Positions 26,346 through 35,629 of a DNA stretch of 64,000 nt are shown piece after piece. The number at the start of each line of letters is the position of its first letter. Position 1 is the first letter of the stretch. This stretch comes from Octopus sinensis (taxonomy: Eukaryota). The notes beneath the pieces were generated by a model, which saw nothing but the letters and a program-made list of their open reading frames with translations, ran no database searches and had not been told where the DNA came from. The position numbers and the translations under genes were made by a program. Where the stretch lies: contig NC_043001.1 of assembly GCF_006345805.1 (NCBI RefSeq), positions 38,874,001 to 38,938,000 of the forward strand, in the 5' to 3' direction.

Positions 26346-26980
26346 ATCGGGGAATTATCTCCCTTTGCAGGTTAAAGGACACCGTGACGGTGTCAGGCCT
26401 ATCTGGCGACGTCGATGTTCGCCTGGGGCTAAATGCAACAGTAACACCCCCACCACCCTGCCCTGTCCCTAGCCATATTCAGATGGCTTTAGTCCCTTAT
26501 GTTATCGAGCAGTTACTGTCTATATCTCTTTTAGAGAATTATTATTGCTATATTGTAATTGTTGTGTGAGAAAGTATATATACTATGAATGTAAAATATA
26601 GTGTCTTTCAAAAACAAAAAATTTTACTTTTTATTTTTTATGAACATCGTCACTTACTTTCTCTCTCTCCCTCTCTCACTTTGTCTTTCCCGTGAAACTC
26701 TCTGCTTCCTTCTTCCACTTTTCTTAATCTTATTTTTTTTGTTAGACGCCATCAAAAATGCTATGGCTGATATTTTTTATGGCTAAAAGCTAAGGTCGAA
26801 AACAGATTTTTACGCTATCCGCGGGTGGCTTGGGAAAAAATAAGTTGAAAAAACCCAGATAGGGTGTCGACAAATATCCACCTAAAATTTGAGCGACATG
26901 CGTGCTAATTTTTGGATGTGCATAAATTACAATCACGTACACACACATCATGCTTTTTATAGATATGATATATATATATA

Positions 26981-27823
26981 CTAGCAGAATTGCCCGGCGT
27001 TGCTCGGGGCTGAATTGCTTGAAAGTACTGTTAATGATTGCACTGAATTATGATGATTATTCAGGCAAACATTGATATAAGTTTACGGTGGGAGATAAGG
27101 ACTTAACGATCAAGCGTGTGCCATTGCATTGTTTTGGGGGAACCAAATTTCTGATGAGCATTATAGGGGCACCAACTTTAAGTTTGAGAAAGTGTGGTGG
27201 TAGTCCGGGGTGCTCAAAGAAATTGAGTACCTCTATTGGATAGTTGATGACGTCCCCTGTGTCAGGAGTTGTATCGATAGACTGATATACATAGACTTCC
27301 CCAGGAATGAGTTTTAGCATTTCATCATTAATATGGTGAACAGTTTTATTCCTCGGGGCCAGTATAGCCTTTTTGCCAATCCAATCCATATTCTGATAAT
27401 TAGCTTGTAGATCTGGGAACACTGCATCTCTGAGATCAGAAGGCGTCTTAACAATGGTACAAATGGAATCGATGGCAATATTACCATTTTCATCCCCTGG
27501 TATTTTGCCTTCGCCAAGTGCAAGGAGGGTGTGAGAAAATGCTGCTTATGTGATATTACGTCGCATATGAGCACGCATATTGGTGTGAAGTTTGAGAGTT
27601 ACTTCCCTTTATTAAAAAAAATATGCATTAAAATGGAAAAAATGATGGTAAATTATTTGTAAAATCATAGACTCATCGTAGACGCGCGCTAATACCCAGA
27701 AGGGCTCGATATGAATCACGACTATAAGATACCCGGTTTTGGTTAAACTGCATCGCAAAATGTGGGAGTAGTTAGGAATCTAAATCGGAGTAGACGGACA
27801 CACAACCTTTCTTTATATATAAA
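26981..27823 (-). mobile_element. Chimeric non-autonomous Helitron (family B 5' part, family A helicase fragment and 3' end)
   Basis: 26981-27597 matches 48584-49200; 27595-27823 matches 28930-29166; hairpin plus CTAG at 26981. Confidence 0.85.
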
Positions 27824-27824
27824 T

Positions 27825-28330
27825 ATTTTCGTCCTAAAAAACTTTGTATGGATTGAATGGTTACCTCTATGGAAATATATACACGCACATTATACATACA
27901 TGTGTGTATAGATGAATATATAAATACATTTAAATATCTATATACACTTTTGGGCGATCTTTCTGTTTCTTAGTGATAACTTTAGATCTTATTTTCGTCC
28001 TAAAAACTTTGTGCGGAGTGAATGGTTACGTCTATAGAAATATATACACACACGTTATACATACATGTGTGCATAGATGAATATATAAATACATTTATAT
28101 ATCTATATACACTTTTGGGCGATCTTTGTGCTACTTGTATATACTTTAGATGTTATATTCGTCCTAAAAACTTTGTATGGAGTGAAAGGTTACCTCTATG
28201 GAAATATATACACACACATTATACATACATCTGTGTATAGATGAATATATAAATACATTTAAATATCTATATGCACTTTTGGGCGATCTTTCTGCTACTT
28301 GGATATAGGTCTTATATTCGTCCTAAAAAA
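27825..28330. repeat. Tandem repeat, about 3 copies of a 159-166-bp unit
   Basis: gtcctaaaaa recurs at 27831, 27997, 28161 and 28320 with collinear downstream sequence. Confidence 0.9.
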
Positions 28331-28771
28331 ACTTTCCTGTCACACACTCACGCACACGCACACACACACACACACACACGCACCCTCACACACACACACA
28401 CGCACGTTAGCTTACAATTTTATTTATATATTTGCGTGTCTATGTGTGTAAAGAGGAAGTGGGAGGCAGAGTGAAAGAGTCACTCAGTACAGAAAGTGAA
28501 TTACTTTTGCTTTATTCATTGCACACTGTGAGTGTGCGTTTGCGTGTGCTGTATCCCATACTAAGAGAAGCATTTGACTCATACACCACAATGTGAGTTT
28601 TCTGTAAATTTTGCTTAATTGGGGTTGAAATTTTAAAAAGTGGACCTGGCAAAACCCGATGCATTCTACTCTTAAAAATGCTAGGTAAATTGTAATTGAA
28701 GAAATCCTATATTGTAGATTTCTATAACTGACAAAGGGAGGCAGATAAAATCTGCCTTTTATAATAAGAGA
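28330..28771 (-). mobile_element. Family C Helitron-like element
   Basis: 5' end TCTCTTATTATAAAAGGCAGATTTTATCTGCC at 28771. Confidence 0.65.
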
Positions 28772-29166
28772 CTAGCAGTATCGCCCGGCGTTGCTTGGGT
28801 TTGTAAGGGAAATAATTATATAAGCATTTTTAGAGATGTAAAGTATAATAGCCATCTCAATATGTCTAACCACAAAGGAGGAGGGGTGTTACTGTAGCTT
28901 TTTACGTTCTGAGATTTAATAATAAATTTTAGAGAGTTACTTCCTTTATATATGTCAAAAATGGATTAAAAATGGGAAAAATTGATGGTAAATTTTTTTT
29001 TAAATCGTAGACTCATCGTAGACACGCGCTAATACCCAGACGGTCTCGATATGAATCACGTCTATAAGATACCCGGTTTTGGTTAAACTGCACCGCAAAA
29101 TGTGGGAGTAGTTAGGAATCTAAATCGTAGGAGACAGACACACAACCTCACTTTTATATATAAAGA
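28772..29166 (-). mobile_element. Family B non-autonomous Helitron (395 bp)
   Basis: A|TCTTTATATATAAAAG at the 5' end; hairpin plus CTAG at the 3' end; homologous to 31929-32324. Confidence 0.9.
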
Positions 29167-29324
29167 TTTCCTCTATTTACATAATATTGAGGTCTCTTTC
29201 TTTCTTTTGTTATCTTACTGTTTTTACCAATATACATATATATATATAAATATATATATAGTTACAGAGATGTACTTGCATAGCAAGTGACTTGATCTGA
29301 GATCGTGTGCTGGAACGAAAACAG

Positions 29325-29582
29325 TTGCAGCGTTGAAGGTGTTTATAAGCCATTTAAGAAACACACAAAAACCGTTAGATTCACTTCAACATTTAAATTT
29401 AATTTGTCAAAATATTTTCGTCGCTTTGAGACCGCAACCTGTTAGCACGATATTTTTGTCAGTGAACAGGTCGCGGTCTCAAAGCGAGGAAATATTTTGG
29501 CAAATTAAATTTAAATGTTGAAGTGAATCTAACGGTTTTTGTGTGTTTCTTAAATGGCTTACAAACACCTTCCACGCTGCAA
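29325..29582. repeat. 258-bp palindrome (118-bp arms, 21-bp spacer), MITE-like
   Basis: 29325-29443 is the reverse complement of 29465-29582 with few mismatches. Confidence 0.95.
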
Positions 29583-29659
29583 TATATATATACACACATA
29601 TATATATATGTATATATGTATGTGTGTGTATATGTGTATGCATGTATGTGTGTGTGTGT

Positions 29660-29880
29660 GCGTGTCTGTGCTTGTGATTGTCCTCCACCACTGCTTGACA
29701 ACGAATGTTGGTTTGTTTACATCCCTGTCACCTAGTGGTTTGACAAAGGAAACAGATAGAATAAGTACAATGCTTACAAAAATAAAACTGGAGTTGATTC
29801 ATTAAACTACAATTCTTCAAGGCATTGCCCCAGCATGGCCACAGACCAATGGCTGGAAAAAGCAGAAGAATAAAAGAATA
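29660..29880 (+). repeat. SINE 3' part
   Basis: Homologous in reverse orientation to 39950-40160. Confidence 0.7.
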
Positions 29881-29945
29881 CATTCTCTGCTTTGGTCTTA
29901 TGTTCAAGGCATGAGAAAGCTTGAGTTTACATGAGAAGGCCTAAC

Positions 29946-30230
29946 AGACCTGGTAGAAACAGCAGCCAAATCTCCCTCAAATCACACCTTACTGTCTTAT
30001 GTATGTATATATATATGAGCCAATGAGGGGGACCTCTACATGGTAGCTAGACCTGGTAGAAATAGCAGTCAAATTTCCCCCAAATCACACCTTACTGTCT
30101 TATCTATGTATATATGTATGTATGAGCCTATGAGGGAGACCCCTACATGGCAGCTAGACATGGTAGAAATAGCAGCCAAATCTCCCTCAAATCACACCTT
30201 ACTGTCTTATGTATGTATATATATATATAT
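29946..30230 (+). repeat. Three tandem copies of a 103-107-bp unit
   Basis: agac(c/a)tggtagaaa at 29946, 30049 and 30156. Confidence 0.9.
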
Positions 30231-30424
30231 ACAAGCCACTACAGTTATTTAATGTAAAGTCTTCCTCAAATCACTCTCGCTATTTACTCTCTTCCAAGAA
30301 CATTTTCACTCACTCTTATCTCTTAGCTTCCCATACATTTTACTCATGTATCTATCAGCGTCATAGACAGAAACAAATATTACATCGCCATCGCATTCTA
30401 TTTCCTACCTGTCAACACACAGTG

Positions 30425-31022
30425 AATTAGTTTCACTTTATTCGTTGCACACTGTGTGTGTGCGTTTGCGTGTGCTGTAAACCAGACTAAGAAAAGCATT
30501 TGACATACACACCAGAATGTGAGTTTTCTGTAAATTTTGCTTAATTGGAGTTTAAATTTTAAAAACTGGACCTGGCATGACCCGATGCATTCTACTCTTA
30601 AAAATGCTAGGTAAATTGTAATTGAAGAAATCCTATATTGTAGATTTCTATAAGTGACAAAGGGAGGCAGATAAAATCTGCCTTTTATAATAAGAGATAC
30701 TGTATCTCTTATTATAAAAGGCAGATTTTATCTGCCTCCCTTTGTCAGTTATAGAAATCTACAATATAGGATTTCTTCAATTACAAGTTACCTAGCATTT
30801 TTAAGAGTAGAATGCATCGGGTCATGCCAGGTCCAGTTTTTAAAATTTCAACCCCAATTAAGCAAAATTTACAGAAAACTCACATTGTGGTGTATGAGTC
30901 AAATGCTTCTCTTAGTATGGGCTACAGCACTCGCACACACACACACAAAGGGAGCGATCTCATTCACTCACGCTATCACTTATTTCTACGACTTTCTCTT
31001 TGCAAGTAAAGTGAAACTAATT
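30425..31022. repeat. Head-to-head pair of family C ends forming a palindrome centred on 30701
   Basis: Centre gagatac-t-gtatctc; the inner 145-bp arms differ at about 2 sites. Confidence 0.95.
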
Positions 31023-31927
31023 CGATAAAACGAGAGAAGTGTACCTTAAAACACTACTAAAAAAAAAAACAGCAAACAGAAACAAATAAATACATAACGA
31101 TTTACTCCTCACACAATTTCTTCAATTAGAGTGTACCCATGATTTTTCAGAGTACTTCCAGTGGGTGATGCCATAAAAAATTTCTTTCAATTTTACCACC
31201 AATTAAGACAAAATTAGAGAAAACTCAATATTTTAACATTTCACTCCGAAAGCATTGATGTACATGTGTGCGTGCGTGAGTGTGTGTGTGTCATTCCTCA
31301 CACACACGCATACACATACATATATGAGAGCGGCAAACACAAACGTTTCAAACAACTACATACAAACACCTGTGTGTTTGTTATTAGTAAAAAAGGCGCC
31401 AAAACACAACTCACTTATCATTCCAACACATTTGCTATAACAATACAGAAAAGGTAAATTGGTTTTTATTTTACTCTGTATATATTTTATTATATAATAT
31501 TATATATAGATATATGTATATATAATTGCAGTATGAAACAGTGTTTATGTATAAACAGACGACACTTATATATAGTTATTAATAAATGTATGCATCCGTT
31601 TAACCCTTTCGTTACCAAACCGCCCGAATTTACCTATTCATATTTAAATGAGAATATCAGAGTAAATCTCTTTAGTACATTCGTGAAAACACGTATCATA
31701 CTTCGTAAAGAGTTCAACTACAGTTTTGTACAAAAATCGAAGTGTAATTTTAATTCCGTGAATTATGGGAGATTTTTTTCCGAAATTTGTTCCTATTGTG
31801 TTTTCAAAATTTGTAATTCTGACAAAAAATGGATACGAATTTCATTATATCAAGCAGCGAGTCAGAATTCGAAGGATTTTCTACTGAAGACCTTCATAAA
31901 TCTAACTCTATGACTGAAAAAAAAAGC
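30705..31927 (+). mobile_element. Family C Helitron-like element, plus strand
   Basis: Starts TCTCTTATTATAAAAGGCAG; the interior (31080-31460) is the reverse complement of blocks in 7770-8450. Confidence 0.6.
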
Positions 31928-31928
31928 A

Positions 31929-32324
31929 TCTTTATATAAGAGTGAAGTTGTGTGTCTGTCTCCTACGATTTAGATTCGTAACTACTCCCACATTTTGCGG
32001 TGCAGTTTAACCAAAAGCGTGTATCTTATAGTCGTGATTAATATCGAGCCCTTCTGGGTATTAGCGCGCGTCTACGATGAGTCTACGATTTAAAAAAAAT
32101 TTACCATCATATTTTTCCATTTTAATGCATTTTTTTCGCTTTTATATAAGGGAAGTAACTCTCTAAAAATATCTACGATGTGTCAACGATTTAAAAAAAA
32201 ATTTACCTTAATTTTTTTTCAATTTTTAATGCATTTTTTTGCTATTTTTTGGCTATAACTCTCTAAAAATGCTTATATAGTTATTTCCCTTACAAACCCG
32301 AGCAACGCCGGGCGATACTGCTAG
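31929..32324 (+). mobile_element. Family B non-autonomous Helitron (396 bp)
   Basis: A|TCtttatataagag...cccgagcaacgccggg-cgatactg-CTAG|T. Confidence 0.92.
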
Positions 32325-33203
32325 TTGTATATATGGTGTACCTACACAATTGTGCCCCACTACCGATTTATTTCCTCATAACTTACTTTTTCGAATGAAA
32401 TGCTTTACAATTGGAATTCAGATGGTGTGGATTTCGATTATATCGAAACTTGTCGCGAAAAAGGTTTTCCGAGTGTCGGGAGAGCAGTTTCGGAAAATTT
32501 ATACGAGTTGGCTTTGTTTCTACCTAACATTCAGTAAAATAGATTTTCATTTAGGAAATTTTCTATAAATACCTTTCAAATAGTGTATATTACGATTGTA
32601 TCGAATTTAAAATGAAAGAGTAATTGGCGGTCTCGCACGCATACACACTGATATAAATCACAAAATGAAACTCGAAAGTTCAATAAGATTTGTGATGTTT
32701 GTCATTATAAATTGGGAGCAAGCCCACATCTTTTTACTTTCTTTTACATATTAAATTCCAATACAAACATAATCTACACTATCTGAATGGTGTTTATAGA
32801 AAATTTCATTTTAAAAAAATGCGCAGTTTCCTGAAAACAAAAGAGACTTTTGTAAATTTTCGGAAACTCCCCTCCCTACCTTCAGGAAATTTTTTCCTAT
32901 AACTAATGCCGATATAACTAGAATCTGCACCATCTGAAGTATATTATAACATTTCATTAAAAGATATCAATTTTTCAGGACGTGACGAACCCCTGTACAG
33001 GAACCCCTGTACAATAATTTAATAGTCTTATGCACACATATCTGCACAGGAGAATTAAAAATTACTGCCGATTTTAGCAGTTTTGTAACTTCTTGCGGAA
33101 CCCTGGTTGAAAACCACTGGTCTAGCATAACAGTATGTTTTGCTGAGAATTAATCCACTTTTTTGACAGCAAGAGGTAAGTTTGTCTGAATTTTATCCAT
33201 TAC

Positions 33204-33363
33204 ATTATCCATTATAGTAATATTTGTCTGTTGAAACCCGTTTTAAGGCGGTCAATAGTTTAATTAAAGATGTGTCTATACATGTATATATATATACATG
33301 TGTATATATATATATTTATATATACATGTGTATATATATAGACATGTGTATATATATATATTT

Positions 33364-33394
<31 letters not shown>

Positions 33395-33414
33395 CACATG
33401 TATATATACACCTG

Positions 33415-33445
<31 letters not shown>

Positions 33446-33519
33446 AGATACATCTTTAATTAAACTATTGACCGCCTTAAAACAGGTTTCAACAGACAAA
33501 TATTACTATAATGGATAAT
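33204..33519. repeat. Inverted repeat (about 80-bp unique arms) enclosing a TA/TG microsatellite
   Basis: The arms differ at 2 sites; near-identical ORFs are called on both strands. Confidence 0.95.
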
Positions 33520-33879
33520 ATAAGCATATAACTACTTATACACACATACAATAAATACAGACACACACATTAGTCAGACATATAGCCACATATACACACA
33601 CTGCAAGAATATATTTATTTATAAAGTTTAAACAGAACATGGAATGAAATGTATTTATTTATAAACTTTAAACTGAACTTCTATTGTTTTATAAGCCTAA
33701 CAGCGAACCTGACGCAAATACACGAAGTTGACGACTTTCACTTCTGACAGCTAAAAGCATGACAGTATGCCAAATCTTCTTTTGCCCAATGATTTGTTCA
33801 CACTTCAATTTTGCCCAATAATTTGTTGACACTTCAATTTACTATTTTCTAGAAATGTTTCTTTTCTAAATTATTGATA

Positions 33880-34530
33880 TGTTATTTTTTTTTTCCTTGT
33901 GAAAATTCCGGGGAAGGGGGTTACCCCCCCTTTCCGGAGCAATTCCGGACCAAAATATGGGATTTGCAGCATATTAGGAGGTCAGGGTACTTGATTCCAC
34001 GCAAAAAATCTGATTTTTTTTTTCTTGTGAAAATTCCGGGGGTGGGGGTGTTACCCCCCCTTTCCGGACCAAAATATGGGATTTGCAGCATATTAGGAGG
34101 TCAGGGTACTTGATTCCACGCTAGAAATCTGATTTTTTTTTTTCCTTGTGAAAATTCCGGGGAAGGGGGTTACCCCCCCTTTCCGGAGCAATTCCGGACC
34201 AAAATATGGGATTTGCAGCATATTAGGAGGTCAGGGTACTTGATTCCACGCAAAAAATCTGATTTTTTTTTTCTTGTGAAAATTCCGGGGGTGGGGGTGT
34301 TACCCCCCCTTTCCGGACCAAAATATGGGATTTGCAGCATATTAGGAGGTCAGGGTACTTGATTCCACGCTAGAAATCTGATTTTTTTTTTCCTTGTGAA
34401 AATTCCGGGGGGGGGTAATACCCCCCCCCCCCTTTCCGGAGGAATTCCGGACCAAAATATGGGATTTGCAGCATATTAGGAGGTCAGGGTATTTGATTCC
34501 ACGCAAAAAATCCGAGTTTTTTTTTTTTTT
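33880..34530. repeat. Minisatellite with ABABA higher-order structure (128+121-bp dimer)
   Basis: gaaaattccg at 33901, 34029, 34150, 34278 and 34398; A units carry agcaattccgg and B units lack it. Confidence 0.95.
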
Positions 34531-34544
34531 TCTTAGTGAAAATG

Positions 34545-34770
34545 TGAATAGTGACGAGGGGATAATCCACGAGGATGATGGCGATACCTGAGTTTGAGAC
34601 TGGTCTCAAAGTCTGGTTGTTTCACAGTAGAGCCTGCGCAGGCGTGGAATATTTGGGATTATTGGACGGAGAGCTTGGTTTTTTGTAGGATGGGAGGAGG
34701 AGAAGTTATGGTGATGAGTGTGAGTTGGTATGCTTGTAGTGATGGATGTGAGAGAGCAGAGTGGTACAGT
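34545..34770 (-). mobile_element. Penelope-like RT thumb fragment
   Basis: NFSSSHPTK..SQIF..RLRRL resembles the YLHFSSSHP..YSQFLRLRRLCS motif. Confidence 0.5.
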
Positions 34771-34847
34771 CCCACACACCACACACACACACACACACAC
34801 ACGACACACACCCACCGACAACACAATAACACACACACACACACACC

Positions 34848-34887
<40 letters not shown>

Positions 34888-35295
34888 AAAGAGTGGATTT
34901 TGGTGTGTGTAACAATTGAATCCTAGAGGAATCCGTGATGTTTCCGGTATAAAATGAGATCATAAGTTAGTTTTTCCTCATCTATACTATTCTCTATGCG
35001 AATTGTTTTATATAATGTATGTTGAAATATATTGTAGTATATCGTTTGGAATGTTGAAATTATAATTCTATATGGAGAAGATTATGAACAGTTGTAATCA
35101 TAAATGAAATAAATATTAATAAACAAATTAATAAATCTGTATGCATCTATCAGACATCTTTAGTAATATTTATTATCTATTCTCGTGGAAACATTTTCTG
35201 ATTGCAGTCCCTAGATTCTCGGTGCATGAACATCGTTAAACTACATAGTAATCTAATTTCTATGTAAAATGATAGCCGATTCCTTTCGAGTGTCA

Positions 35296-35331
35296 TATCT
35301 ATCTATCTATCTCTATCTATCTATCTATCTA

Positions 35332-35394
<63 letters not shown>

Positions 35395-35415
35395 ATCTAT
35401 CTATCTATCTATCTC
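35296..35415. repeat. (TATC)n microsatellite
   Basis: Read directly from the sequence. Confidence 0.98.
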
Positions 35416-35629
35416 TCTCTCACATGGACGGACGCTAGTCATATCGGCTCCACGTAAGTTGGCCACTTTTACATGTTTAAAACTCCTTGTTGTCAAATAT
35501 TTTGTTTAATCGTTGTGCAAGTTCATTCACTAAAAAACCTGAGAATTATTCACGTAGAATTCCGCCCCTGTATGGGCGAAATTACAAAAAACTTTCAAAA
35601 CTTTCGTGGGTTTTTTAGCCATTTTTCAT

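Larger units (their letters stand above)
25704..26549 (+). repeat. Tandem repeat, about 2.3 copies of a 360-361-bp GC/CpG-enriched unit
   Basis: Units start at ggggctaaatgc 25704, 26064 and 26425; about 6 differences between the copies. Confidence 0.97.
25341..26963 (-). mobile_element. Non-autonomous Helitron-like element carrying the hammerhead tandem array
   Basis: Minus strand A|TCTATAAAAAGCATGATGTGTG at 26963; 3' hairpin cccaggcaagcctggg, 9 nt, then CTGG (fits CTRR)|T at 25341. Confidence 0.7.

Noticed and set aside
25960-26569. Repeated ORFs MVRVWFPLHRG... (89 aa and 82 aa)
   Set aside because: The ATG is part of hammerhead helix III (ccATGg); the ORFs are by-products of the repeat and resemble no protein I know.
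27860-27900. gaaatatatacac in the 165-bp units looks like a GAAA-TA-TA cleavage site
   Set aside because: No upstream CTGANGA or helix I in any unit.
33880-34530. Repeat arrays as possible CRISPR loci (also 25704-26549)
   Set aside because: No unique spacers, no cas genes, and a eukaryotic context.
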